Source: an uncultured Pseudomonadota bacterium (GTDB lineage: Bacteria; Pseudomonadota; Gammaproteobacteria; Steroidobacterales; Steroidobacteraceae). Taken from it: DNA of 64,000 bases. The position numbers were made by a program, and so were the translations under genes. The DNA lies in assembly GCA_903868595.1 (NCBI GenBank), contig CAIPVV010000002.1, positions 859 to 64,858 on the forward strand. Reading direction: 5' to 3'. The notes beneath the pieces are model-generated. The model was given only the letters and a program-made list of their open reading frames with translations, made no database searches and had not been told where the DNA came from. Each line of letters begins with the position of its first letter. Position 1 is the stretch's first letter. Below, piece by piece: positions 36,361 to 49,040 of this stretch.

Positions 36361-37393
36361 GGCGCTCCAGCGCCCACGCCACGTGCTCCCGTACCAGCGC
36401 CGAGTCGTCGTGCCGGCGCGCAGCCAGCGCCTGCAGGTTCGCTTGGCTGCTCGGCGCATTGCCCAGTGCCACGGCGATGTTGCGCAGGAAGCTCTCGTAG
36501 CCAATGCGCCGGATCGCCGAGCCCTCCATGCGCGTCTCGAATTGCTCCCGTGACCACGCGAACAGTTCGCTCAGCCGCGGGGCATCCAGCCCATGCCGCA
36601 GCTTGAAGTCCGGGTGGCTGGCGGCGCGGGCGAACTTGTTCCACGGGCACACCAGCTGGCAGTCGTCGCAGCCGTAGATGCGGTTGCCGATGGCGACCCG
36701 GAACTCCTCCGGGATCGCGCCCTTGAGCTCAATCGTCAGGTAGGAGATGCAGCGGCGCGCATCCAGCTCGTGGGGCGCAACGATGGCCTGCGTCGGGCAG
36801 GCGGGAATGCAGGCGCTGCAACTGCCGCAGTGCGCCGAGGCTGGTGCGTCCACCGCCAGCGGCAGTGTCGTCAGCACCTCGCCCAGGAAGAAATAGGAGC
36901 CGGCGTCGCGCGCGATGAGATTGGTGTGCTTGCCGATCCAGCCCAGGCCCGCGTTGCGGGCCAGCGCCTTCTCCAGCACGGGGCCGGAGTCGACGAACAC
37001 GCGGTAGTCGTGGTCGCCGGCGATGGCCTTCAGGTCCTCGGCAAAGCGGGCCAGGTTCTGGCGCAGGACCTTGTGGTAGTCGCGCCCCAGCGCATAGCGG
37101 GAGATGTAGCCCAGCTGCGGGTCGTGAAGGACGCTGTCGGCCTCGCGCGCCTCCCCAGGCCAGTAGTCCATCCGCAGGGAGAGCACGCGCAGGGTACCCG
37201 GCTTGAGCTCCGCCGGCCGGCTGCGCAGGGTGCCGTGGCGGGCCATGTAGCCCATTTCGCCGTGGCGGCCGGCCGCGAGCCAGGCCAGCAGGTGCGCCTC
37301 GTCCTCGGCCAGGCCGATGCCGGTCACGCCGACATCGGCGAAGTCGTGCTGGCGCGCCAGCTGCACTACCTGCTCTCGGAGGGATCCGGTCAT
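36347..37393 (-). CDS. queG: epoxyqueuosine reductase
   Basis: 348 aa. Has ferredoxin motifs CGSCSACIPACP and CDDCQLVCPWN, plus C-terminal HEAT-like repeats. It is convergent with panC and their ends overlap by 14 nt. Confidence 0.93.
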   Translation of the reverse strand: MTGSLREQVVQLARQHDFADVGVTGIGLAEDEAHLLAWLAAGRHGEMGYMARHGTLRSRPAELKPGTLRVLSLRMDYWPGEAREADSVLHDPQLGYISRYALGRDYHKVLRQNLARFAEDLKAIAGDHDYRVFVDSGPVLEKALARNAGLGWIGKHTNLIARDAGSYFFLGEVLTTLPLAVDAPASAHCGSCSACIPACPTQAIVAPHELDARRCISYLTIELKGAIPEEFRVAIGNRIYGCDDCQLVCPWNKFARAASHPDFKLRHGLDAPRLSELFAWSREQFETRMEGSAIRRIGYESFLRNIAVALGNAPSSQANLQALAARRHDDSALVREHVAWALERLSAA

Positions 37394-37416
37394 GACGCAT
37401 CAGTATACTGTTGCGC

Positions 37417-38892
37417 ATGGCACTTCCCGTCGCGCTCTACTCCGTCGCCCAGGTCCGGGACATCGATGCTCGCGCGATTGCCGCAGGCACCCCCGGCTAC
37501 ACGCTCATGAAGCGGGCGGGCGAGGGGGCGCTGCGGATCCTTCGCAGCCGCTGGCCCACGGCCCTGCGCATCGCGGTGGTCTGCGGTGGCGGCAACAACG
37601 GCGGCGACGGTTATGTCGTGGCGCGCTTCGCGCAGGCCGCGGGATTGCAGGTGAAGGTGCTGGCGGCCGTGGACCCGGGCCGGCTCAAGGGCGATGCCCA
37701 GAAGGCCTGCGAGGAGCTGCGGGCCAGCGGCATCACGATCCGCCGTTTCGAGCCCTCGGCGCTGGTGGACGTGGAGGTCGTGGTGGATGCGCTGCTGGGC
37801 GTTGGCGCGCAGCTGCCGCTGCGTCCGGCCGCGGCGGCCGTGGTCGCGGCGATGAATGCCTGCGGCCATCCGGTGCTGTCGCTGGATGTGCCCTCCGGGC
37901 TGGATGCGGATAGCGGCGCCGCCGAGCAGGCGGTTCGGGCCGATGCGACGGTGACCTTCATCGCGCTGAAGACCGGCCTGTTCGTGGGCGATGGGCCGGA
38001 ATACACGGGCAGCCTGCACTTTGATGGGCTGGAGGTCGAGGTGCCGCCGGTGCGGCCGCGGCTGCAGCGACTCACCGACAGCGATATCGAGCAGGCGCTG
38101 CCGCGCCGCAAGCGCAGCGCCCACAAGTCCAGCTTCGGCCGCGTGCTGATCATCGGCGGCGGTACCGGCATGCCGGGTGCGGTGCGCCTCGCGGCCGAGG
38201 CCGCGCTGTGCGTGGGCGCCGGCCTGGTGACGGTGGTCAGCCGGCCCGAGCACCTGACGGCCGTCGTCGGTCCGAGGCCGGAACTCATGTTCCAAGGGCT
38301 GCTGGACGCCAGGCCCTTGCCGGACCTGCTGCACCACGCCGACGTGGTGGCGATCGGACCGGGCCTGGGGCGCAGCGACTGGGCGCAGGAGCTGCTGGAC
38401 TGCGTGCTGACCAACCGCCCGGCCGAGCAGCCGCTGATCGTGGATGCCGATGCGCTGAACCTGCTGGCCGCCAGCCCCGAGCAGCAGCGCTGCGACCACT
38501 GGATCCTGACGCCGCACCCGGGCGAGGCGGGGCGGCTGCTGGGCCTGACCGCCAGCGACGTGCAGGCCAACCGGCCGGCGGCGCTGGAGCACCTGGCCAG
38601 CCGTCGCGGCGGGGTCATCGTGCTCAAGGGCGCGGGCACCCTGGTGGCGTCCCCGAATACCGTCTCCTCGCTGTGCGAGCGGGGCAATCCCGGCATGGCG
38701 ATCCCCGGGATGGGCGATGTCCTGACCGGCGCGATCGCCGGCATCCTCGCCCAGTGCCACGACCCGGGCCTGGCGACGCGCGCCGCGGTGATGGCCCACG
38801 CCGGCGCCGGCGACCAGCTGGCCCGCGGCGGTCAGCGCGGGCTGCTGGCCGGGGAAGTGGCCCGGGAACTGCGGAACTGGGTGAACCGGTGA
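37417..38892 (+). CDS. nnr: bifunctional NAD(P)H-hydrate epimerase / ADP-dependent dehydratase
   Basis: An N-terminal YjeF_N part (VCGGGNNGGDGYVVAR) and a C-terminal carbohydrate-kinase part (GGGTGMPGA...GMGDVLTG). ATG 37417 is preferred over TTG 37411. Confidence 0.9.
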   Translation: MALPVALYSVAQVRDIDARAIAAGTPGYTLMKRAGEGALRILRSRWPTALRIAVVCGGGNNGGDGYVVARFAQAAGLQVKVLAAVDPGRLKGDAQKACEELRASGITIRRFEPSALVDVEVVVDALLGVGAQLPLRPAAAAVVAAMNACGHPVLSLDVPSGLDADSGAAEQAVRADATVTFIALKTGLFVGDGPEYTGSLHFDGLEVEVPPVRPRLQRLTDSDIEQALPRRKRSAHKSSFGRVLIIGGGTGMPGAVRLAAEAALCVGAGLVTVVSRPEHLTAVVGPRPELMFQGLLDARPLPDLLHHADVVAIGPGLGRSDWAQELLDCVLTNRPAEQPLIVDADALNLLAASPEQQRCDHWILTPHPGEAGRLLGLTASDVQANRPAALEHLASRRGGVIVLKGAGTLVASPNTVSSLCERGNPGMAIPGMGDVLTGAIAGILAQCHDPGLATRAAVMAHAGAGDQLARGGQRGLLAGEVARELRNWVNR

Positions 38893-39368
38893 GTCACCTC
38901 CTGCACCTGCCGACGGAGGTGCAGACCCAGGCGCTCGGCGGCGCGGCCGCCCGCTGCCTGCCGCGCGAACCCCAGCCCTTTGTCATCGAACTGGTCGGCG
39001 ACCTGGGGGCGGGAAAGACCACCTTTGCGCGCGGCCTGCTGCAGGCCCTGGGCGTCGTCGGGCGGGTCCGCAGTCCCAGCTACGGGCTGCTGGAACACTA
39101 CGAGCTGGCCGGTTGGCAGGTGCTGCACCTGGACCTGTACCGGTTGCTGGATCCGGAGGAGCTGGAGAACCTGGGCGTGCGGGACTATCACGCGGGCCGC
39201 AGCCTGTGGCTGGTGGAATGGCCCGAGAAGGGGCAGGGCTACCTGCCGGCACCGGACGCACGGCTGACCCTGAGCTGCGGCGCCAACGGCCATCGGGCGG
39301 AGCTGGCGGCCCTGTCGGGCCCGGGCCAGGCGTGGCTGACCTGCCTGATGAAAGACCGCACATCATGA
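38889..39368 (+). CDS. tsaE: tRNA threonylcarbamoyladenosine biosynthesis ATPase TsaE
   Basis: GTG at 38889 overlaps the nnr stop. LVGDLGAGKTTFARGL...SPSYGL...HLDLYRL matches TsaE/YjeE. Confidence 0.88.
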   Translation: MSHLLHLPTEVQTQALGGAAARCLPREPQPFVIELVGDLGAGKTTFARGLLQALGVVGRVRSPSYGLLEHYELAGWQVLHLDLYRLLDPEELENLGVRDYHAGRSLWLVEWPEKGQGYLPAPDARLTLSCGANGHRAELAALSGPGQAWLTCLMKDRTS

Positions 39369-39423
39369 TGTGTGCCTATCTTCCTATTATTCCTTGAAAA
39401 ACTGCCCGGCCGGACTTAGATTT

Positions 39424-40734
39424 ATGTCTATGACGGCCGCGCCCGCTATTTCCCGCCCGACGGTCCTGCGGCTGCTGCTTACGGCGGCCCTCGTGGCCTT
39501 TGCCTGCCTGCCGCAGGCCAGTCGGGCCGCGGCGACCGTGCGGGCCGTGGAGCTCTCCAGCGACGCGGCCGGCACGGCGCGCCTGACCCTCACGCTCTCC
39601 GAGAAGGTCGCCAGCAAGGTGTTCACGCTGAGCGGGCCCTCCCGCCTGGTGATCGACCTGCCGGCCACGCACCTGGCGCCGGGGCTGCGCCTGCCGCTGG
39701 CCGCAGGGCCGGTGCGCAGCGTCCGCTCGGGTGCCCAGCCGGGCCGGACCCTGCGCCTGGTCCTGCAGCTGCAGTCCCCCTTGCCCGCGAGGAGCGCGTT
39801 CACGGGTCGCAGCAAGCAGGGCTACCGGTTCACGGTGGCGCTGGGTCGCGGCGCGCCGTCGGCCACGATGCCGGCGGTCGTCGCGGCGGCCACGGCAGCG
39901 GGCGATGCCCCGGGGCCGGCGGAGGCGATCGCGCCGCCGCCGCAGAGCCAGCGTCCCGCGCACGCCCCCTCCAATTCCGGCCGCGACATCCTCATTGCGA
40001 TCGATGCGGGCCACGGCGGCCAGGATCCCGGCGCGAGCGGCCAGGGCGGCACGCACGAGAAGGACGTGGTGCTGGCCATCGCGCGGGCGCTGGCGCGTCG
40101 CGTGGACGAGGAGCCTGGCCTGAAGGCCTACCTCACGCGCGACAGCGACCATTTCGTCGTCCTGCGGGACCGCATCAACAAGGCCCGCGCGGCGCATGCG
40201 GACTTGTTCGTCTCGGTGCACGCGGACTCCATCGCCAACCGCGAGGTCTCCGGCTCCTCGGTGTACGTGCTCTCCGACCATGGCGCCTCCAGCGAGGCGG
40301 CGCGCTGGCTGGCCGATCGGGAGAACGCGGCGGACCTGAAGGGCGGCGTGAAGCTGGGCGACCAGAACCGGCAGCTGGCCTCGGTGCTGATGGACCTCTC
40401 GCAGACCGCCAGCATCGGCTCCAGCATGGAGGCGGCCGAGCGCGTGCTGCATGCCCTGGATCACGTGGGCGAGATCCGCAAGTCCCAGGTGCAGCAGGCC
40501 GGTTTCCTCGTGCTCAAGTCCCCCGACATCCCCTCGATGCTGGTGGAGACGGCCTACATCTCCAACCCCGGCGAGGAGTCGCGGCTGCGCACGCCGGCGC
40601 ACCAGGAGGAGATCGCCAACGCGATCTTCACGGGCCTGCGCGACTACTTCCGCAAGAGCCCGCCGGACGGCACCGCCTACGCGCAGCAAAAGAGCCGTGG
40701 TGGCGGCGCGATCGTCGCCGCCGGCACGCCCTAG
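39424..40734 (+). CDS. amiB: N-acetylmuramoyl-L-alanine amidase (AmiB/AmiC type with AMIN domain)
   Basis: ATG at 39424 in track ORF 39370-40734. It has a signal peptide and an AMIN-like N-terminus (RLVIDLP). The Amidase_3 core shows IAIDAGHGGQDPGA...SVHADS...LVETAYISN. The position equals that of E. coli amiB. Confidence 0.9.
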   Translation: MSMTAAPAISRPTVLRLLLTAALVAFACLPQASRAAATVRAVELSSDAAGTARLTLTLSEKVASKVFTLSGPSRLVIDLPATHLAPGLRLPLAAGPVRSVRSGAQPGRTLRLVLQLQSPLPARSAFTGRSKQGYRFTVALGRGAPSATMPAVVAAATAAGDAPGPAEAIAPPPQSQRPAHAPSNSGRDILIAIDAGHGGQDPGASGQGGTHEKDVVLAIARALARRVDEEPGLKAYLTRDSDHFVVLRDRINKARAAHADLFVSVHADSIANREVSGSSVYVLSDHGASSEAARWLADRENAADLKGGVKLGDQNRQLASVLMDLSQTASIGSSMEAAERVLHALDHVGEIRKSQVQQAGFLVLKSPDIPSMLVETAYISNPGEESRLRTPAHQEEIANAIFTGLRDYFRKSPPDGTAYAQQKSRGGGAIVAAGTP

Positions 40735-40786
40735 AACGCTCGCCCCGGGCCCGCGTGCCGGGCCTTTGCCGTAAACTGCCCCGCCT

Positions 40787-42582
<1,796 letters not shown>

Positions 42583-42583
<1 letters not shown>

Positions 42584-43554
42584 TGGTCGCGCCGGCGGCG
42601 CCACTGCGGGCGCTTGCGATCCTGGGGCCGACGGGCGCAGGCAAGAGCGCGTACGCGATGCGCCTCGCCGGGGATACGCCGATAGAGATCGTGAGCGTGG
42701 ACTCCGCACAGGTGTACCGCGGGCTGGATATCGGCACGGCCAAGCCCACGCCCGCCGAGCGCGCGGCCGTCCCCCATCATCTGATCGATATCCGCGAACC
42801 GGAGCAGGTGTATTCGGCCGGCGAGTTCCGGCGCGACGCGCTGGCACTGATCGGCCAGATCGCTGCGCGGGGTCGGACGGCGGTGCTGGTGGGTGGCACG
42901 ATGCTGTACTACCGCGCGCTGTTCAACGGGATCGCCGAACTGCCCCGGGCCGATGCGGCCCTGCGCCTGCAGATCGATGAGCGCGCGGCGCGGGAAGGAT
43001 GGCCCGCGCTGCATGCTGAACTGGCGCTGAACGATTCGGCGGCAGCGCAAAGAATCAATCCCAACGATGCGCAGCGGATCCAGCGTGCGCTGGAGGTGCT
43101 TGCGCAGGGACGGGGCTCGCTGAGCCAGTTGTGGCAGTTGGCGGCCTCCGCGGGGCCGCCGGTGGCGTACCGGATCCTCGTGCTGGAGCCCGGCGACCGG
43201 TCGGCGTTGCACGCGCGCCTGGAGGCGCGCCTGGATGCCATGCTGGCGGGAGGGTTCGTTGCCGAGGTCAGGCAGTTGCTGGCCCGGGGCACGCTGGAGC
43301 CCGCCAGTCCGGTGCTGCGGCTGGTTGGCTACCGGCAGCTGTCGGCCTTTTGCGACGGCCGGGAATCGCTGAAAGAGGCGCGTGACAAGGCTTTGTTTGC
43401 AACGCGCCAGCTGGCCAAGCGGCAGCTGACCTGGCTGCGCTCCCCCGGCCTGTATCCGCCGGGCAACCAACCATTGAGATTCGATCCGTTCGCCCCCAGG
43501 TCCGTTGAACTGTTTCGGGTTGCTGCCCTCCAAACCGTGGCAAGTGCGCCTTGA
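42583..43554 (+). CDS. miaA: tRNA dimethylallyltransferase
   Basis: ATG at 42583 overlaps the mutL stop. [14 protein letters not shown]...[19 protein letters not shown]...HHLIDI matches MiaA. Confidence 0.94.
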
Positions 43555-43705
43555 CCCGGGCTTTGGGCTCGGAGGGGCGTGTTACGATCCATTGCAGAAA
43601 GATTGCTTTGAGTTCCCGTGCGTGTCTGCCTGCTTGCGCCCCAAGGAGGGATCAGCGCCTGCCGAAACCGCCGGGGACTGGTTGGAAATAAGAAGGAGTG
43701 CCCCC

Positions 43706-43957
43706 ATGGCCAAAGGCCAGTCGCTGCAGGACCCGTTCCTGAACGCGCTTCGCAAGGAGCGCATCCCCGTTTCTATCTATCTGGTCAACGGCATTAAGCT
43801 GCAGGGTCAGATCGATTCGTTCGACCAGTTCGTGGTGCTGCTGAAGAACAGCGTCAGCCAGATGGTCTACAAGCACGCGATCTCCACGGTCGTCCCGGCG
43901 CGCAACGTACGCCTCGCGGGCGATGAGGACGGCACCGCGGAGATCCTTCCGGAGTAA
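43706..43957 (+). CDS. hfq: RNA chaperone Hfq
   Basis: 83 aa with [55 protein letters not shown]...[10 protein letters not shown] matches Hfq. Confidence 0.97.
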   Translation: MAKGQSLQDPFLNALRKERIPVSIYLVNGIKLQGQIDSFDQFVVLLKNSVSQMVYKHAISTVVPARNVRLAGDEDGTAEILPE

Positions 43958-45231
43958 TGTTCGAGCGTCCACGTAGCGGCGAACGTGCCGTACTGGTTCG
44001 CCTCGCGCTGGGCGGGCCGGCTGATCCGGAAGACCTGAACGAGTTCACCCAACTCGCCCTGTCCGCCGGGGCGGTCCCGGTTGCCACCATCACGGGCCGG
44101 CGCGATCGTCCGGACTCCAAGTACTTCGTCGGCAGCGGCAAGGCCGAGGAGATCCGCCTGCAGGCGGAGGCGGCGGAGGCCGACGTGATCCTCGTGGATC
44201 ACCCGCTCTCGCCCAGCCAGGAGCGCAACCTGGAGAAGCTCACCGGCAAGCGCGTCCTGGACCGTAACGGGCTCATCCTCGATATCTTCGCGCAGCGTGC
44301 CGCCAGCCACGAGGGCAAGCTTGAGGTGGAACTGGCCCAGCTCAAGCACATTGCCAGCCGGCTGGTGCGCGGCTGGACCCACCTGGAGCGCCAGCGCGGC
44401 GGTGGCATTGGCCTGCGCGGCCCCGGTGAAACGCAGCTGGAAACCGACCGTCGCCTCCTGGGCCAGCGCGTGAAGGTGCTGGGCAAGCGGCTGGAGAAGA
44501 TCAAGCAGCAGCGCGAGACCGGTCGCAGCGCCCGCGTCGCGATCCCGATTCCCTCCCTCGCGCTGGTGGGCTACACCAACGCAGGCAAGTCCACGCTGTT
44601 CCGCGCGCTGACCGGCGAGCAGGCGTACGTGGCCGACCAGTTGTTTGCGACGCTGGACCCCACGGTCAGGCGCCTGGCGTTGCCGGGAGGCACGCAGGTG
44701 GTCGTGGCCGACACGGTGGGCTTCATCCGCGATCTGCCGCACGAACTCGTGGCAGCGTTCCAGTCGACGCTCACCGAGGCGCGCGAGGCCAACGTGCTGC
44801 TGCACGTGATCGATGCGAGCGACCCGCGGCGCGAGGAGCACATCGACGAGGTCAACCGCGTGCTGGCGCAGATCGGTGCCGACGCCATTCCCCAGATCCG
44901 CGTCTACAACAAGATCGATCGCCTGGAACTGCAGCCACGGGTCGAGCAGGATGCCGAGGGCAATCCCGATGCGGTGTGGATCTCCGCGGGCGAGGGCCAG
45001 GGCCTGGACCTGCTGCAGCAGACCATCGCCGAGCGCCTCTCCTGTGCCGTGCGGCGCCTGCGCCTGCGCCTGCCCCTGACCGCCGGGGCGGCGCGTGCCA
45101 AGCTCTATGGGTCGGGGGTCGTGGTGTCCGAACGCCGCTCGGAGGAGGGCTTTGACCTCACGGTCGACCTGCCGCCCGCCGAACAGGCCGTGCTGGAGCG
45201 CCTGGCGGGGGCCCGGATCGAAGCCGCCTGA
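43957..45231 (+). CDS. hflX: GTPase HflX
   Basis: 424 aa. Has the HflX N-domain, G1 GYTNAGKST and G3 DTVGF. The start overlaps the hfq stop by 1 nt. Confidence 0.95.
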   Translation: MFERPRSGERAVLVRLALGGPADPEDLNEFTQLALSAGAVPVATITGRRDRPDSKYFVGSGKAEEIRLQAEAAEADVILVDHPLSPSQERNLEKLTGKRVLDRNGLILDIFAQRAASHEGKLEVELAQLKHIASRLVRGWTHLERQRGGGIGLRGPGETQLETDRRLLGQRVKVLGKRLEKIKQQRETGRSARVAIPIPSLALVGYTNAGKSTLFRALTGEQAYVADQLFATLDPTVRRLALPGGTQVVVADTVGFIRDLPHELVAAFQSTLTEAREANVLLHVIDASDPRREEHIDEVNRVLAQIGADAIPQIRVYNKIDRLELQPRVEQDAEGNPDAVWISAGEGQGLDLLQQTIAERLSCAVRRLRLRLPLTAGAARAKLYGSGVVVSERRSEEGFDLTVDLPPAEQAVLERLAGARIEAA

Positions 45232-45247
45232 CGGGGGGTGGCGGAAC

Positions 45248-45276
45248 TTGTGAACCCTCCGGGGGCTACCTACAAT
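45248..45276 (+). promoter_or_regulatory. possible internal sigma70 promoter ahead of hflK
   Basis: TTGTGA (45248-45253), a 17-nt spacer, then TACAAT (45271-45276) in the hflX-hflK gap. This is a sequence match only. Confidence 0.35.
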
Positions 45277-45349
45277 CGCCCGTTCGACCGCGTGCCGACC
45301 CCGGCAACCCCTGCATCCCTCTCCCAAACCAAGAAGTTCTGCACGAAAT

Positions 45350-46507
45350 ATGGCCTGGAACGAACCCGACAAGCGGGGCGATTCGCCCTGGGGCAAGCGC
45401 CCGGAAGGCAGTCCTGCCGGCGGCGGCGGCGACAACGGCTTCAAGGCCCTGCAGCGGCGGCTGGAGGCGCTGCTGCGCGGCGGCGGCGTGGGCAGCGGGC
45501 AGACGCCGGGGCAGAGCAACGGCTCCTTGGCACTGGTGCTGGGCCTGGCGTTTGTGGCGCTGTGGGTCTCGGCCGGCTTCTTCCAGGTCGACGCCTCCGA
45601 GCGCGCGGTCATCCAGCGCTTCGGCAAGTTCACCGAAATCCGCAACCCCGGCCTCGGCTGGGCGTTGCCGTGGCCGATTGAGTCGGTCTCCAAGGTCAAC
45701 GTCTCCAAGGTCAACAGCGTCGAGTACCGCTCGCGCATGCTCACCGCGGACGTGAACCTGGTGGAGATCCGCTCGGCGATCCAGTACCAGTACAGCGACC
45801 CGGTGAAGGTGCTCTTCCAGGTGCGCGATCCGGAGTCGACCCTGCGGGAGGTCAGCGAGAGCGCGATCCGCGAGATCGTGGGCCAGGCGCAGCTCGACCA
45901 GGTGCTGGGCGTCTCGCGCCAGCGCATCACCGAGGAGACGCGCGAGCTCATCCAGCGCACGCTGGACAGCTACAACAGCGGCATCCGCGTGACCAGCGTG
46001 AACCTCACCGACGTGCAGGTGCCGGAGGCGGTGCTCGCCTCGCAGCGCGATGCCAACAAGGCGATCGAGGATCGCGACCGCTTCAGCAAGGAAGCCCAGG
46101 CCTACGTCAACGACATCCTGCCCAAGGTGCAGGGTGCCGCGCAGCGACTGCTGCAGGACGCCGAAGGCTACAAGTCGCAGGTCGTCTCCCAGGCCGAGGG
46201 CGACGTGGCGCGCTTCAACAGCGTCTACTCCGCCTATGCCGCGGCGCCGGAAGTGACCCGCCAGCGTATGTACATCGACGCCATCGAATCCATCATGCAG
46301 CGTTCGCGCAAGGTGATGCTGGATGCCAAGGGCGGCGCGAACGGCAACATGATCTACCTGCCGCTGGACCGCATGTTCGACCGCTCCAGCGTGCGCGCCG
46401 TGCCGTCGGAGCCCGGCGCGGCGCCCGCCGCGGGCACGTCCCCGGCACGTTCGCCGGCGGACCTGGAGTCCATCACCATCGAAGGCCGGACGCGAGGAGA
46501 ACGCTGA
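45350..46507 (+). CDS. hflK: FtsH protease modulator HflK
   Basis: 385 aa with MAWNEPDKRGDSPWG, one transmembrane segment and an SPFH/band-7 domain. Confidence 0.94.
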   Translation: MAWNEPDKRGDSPWGKRPEGSPAGGGGDNGFKALQRRLEALLRGGGVGSGQTPGQSNGSLALVLGLAFVALWVSAGFFQVDASERAVIQRFGKFTEIRNPGLGWALPWPIESVSKVNVSKVNSVEYRSRMLTADVNLVEIRSAIQYQYSDPVKVLFQVRDPESTLREVSESAIREIVGQAQLDQVLGVSRQRITEETRELIQRTLDSYNSGIRVTSVNLTDVQVPEAVLASQRDANKAIEDRDRFSKEAQAYVNDILPKVQGAAQRLLQDAEGYKSQVVSQAEGDVARFNSVYSAYAAAPEVTRQRMYIDAIESIMQRSRKVMLDAKGGANGNMIYLPLDRMFDRSSVRAVPSEPGAAPAAGTSPARSPADLESITIEGRTRGER

Positions 46508-47376
46508 TGTTCGGGCGAGCAACTCCGTACGTGGTGGCCTTCGGGATCGCCGCGCTGTTCGGCCTGACCTCGCTCTTCCAGGTCAAGGAGACCCAGGTCG
46601 CGATCCGCACGCAGTTCGGCGAGATCCAGGGCCCGCAGTACGGCCCGGGACTTCACCTGAAGTGGCCGTTCGTGGATGACATCGTCAAGTTCGAGCGCCG
46701 GATCGTGACGCAGAACTACCAGGGCGAGACCTTCCTGACGAGCGAGAACAAGGGCCTGATCGTCGACTTCTACGTGAAGTGGCGCATCAAGGACGTCGGT
46801 CACTACTACCGCACCAGCGGTGGCGTGGAGGACGTGGCCGGCAGCCGCCTGGGCGAAATCGTCAAGGACGGCATCAAAAGCGTGGTGGCCAAGCGCACGC
46901 TGCAGGAGATCGTGGTGGCCGAGCGCACCGCGTTCACCGGCGACATGTTCGGGCGCGCCAGCGAGGCCGTGAAGGAGCTGGGCATCGAGCTGGTGGACGT
47001 GCGCGTGCAGCGCATCGACCTGCCGGATGAGGTGTCGGGGTCGGTCTACCAGCGCATGCAGGAGAGTTTCCGCGCGCTGGGCAACCGGCTGCGGGCGGAA
47101 GGCAGTGCGGAGGCGGAGCGGATCCGCGCCGAGGCCGACCGCAAGCGCACCGAGATCCTGGCCACCGCCCAGCGCGACGCGCAGCGGGTTCGCGGCGAGG
47201 GCGACGCGGCCGCGGGTCGCATCTACTCGGCGGCCTATGGCAAGTCGCCGGAGTTCTACGGTTTCTACCGCAGCCTCCAGGCCTACCGCAATTCCCTCGG
47301 CAAGGAGGGCGACGTCTGGGTCGTTCAGCCCGAAGGGGAGTTCTTCAAGTATCTGAACTCCTCCGGCAAGCGCTAG
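46507..47376 (+). CDS. hflC: FtsH protease modulator HflC
   Basis: 289 aa with an SPFH domain. The start overlaps the hflK stop. Confidence 0.94.
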   Translation: MFGRATPYVVAFGIAALFGLTSLFQVKETQVAIRTQFGEIQGPQYGPGLHLKWPFVDDIVKFERRIVTQNYQGETFLTSENKGLIVDFYVKWRIKDVGHYYRTSGGVEDVAGSRLGEIVKDGIKSVVAKRTLQEIVVAERTAFTGDMFGRASEAVKELGIELVDVRVQRIDLPDEVSGSVYQRMQESFRALGNRLRAEGSAEAERIRAEADRKRTEILATAQRDAQRVRGEGDAAAGRIYSAAYGKSPEFYGFYRSLQAYRNSLGKEGDVWVVQPEGEFFKYLNSSGKR

Positions 47377-47404
47377 GGCGCCGGGGCAGGGGACGGCCTA
47401 CGCG

Positions 47405-47602
47405 TTGGACATCCAGTGGGAGGACTTGCTCGCCGGACTGTCGATCCTGCTGGTGCTGGAGGGGATGGTTCCCTTCCTGAATCCGGCGCGGGCGCGGCGC
47501 GGTTTTGAGCAACTGGCCCGGCTGGCGGATCGTGACCTGCGCATCGCGGGTCTGGTGAGCATGGCCGTGGGGCTGGGTCTTCTATTTCTCGCAAGGTCTT
47601 GA
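47405..47602 (+). CDS. yjeT: DUF2065 small membrane protein (YjeT-like)
   Basis: 65 aa with two hydrophobic helices (LLAGLSILLVLEGMVPFLNP, IAGLVSMAVGLGLLFLA). Conserved position between hflC and purA. It has a non-ATG start. Confidence 0.75.
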   Translation: MDIQWEDLLAGLSILLVLEGMVPFLNPARARRGFEQLARLADRDLRIAGLVSMAVGLGLLFLARS

Positions 47603-48904
<1,302 letters not shown>

Positions 48905-49040
48905 CGCCGTAGGCCGGCCCCGGTCAAGGGCCGGCGCGGGGCCTGGACGGTCAGGGGGGCGCTGCGTTGGCGGGGACTTGGTCCCGGCGCCAGGGTTCGT
49001 TGACATCGCACACTGCAAGCTCGACCAGAAGGACAAGACG

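Noticed and set aside
48913-48935. 8-bp GC hairpin GCCGGCCC-N7-GGGCCGGC just after purA as a terminator
   Set aside because: No U-tract follows, so it cannot be supported as an intrinsic terminator from sequence alone.
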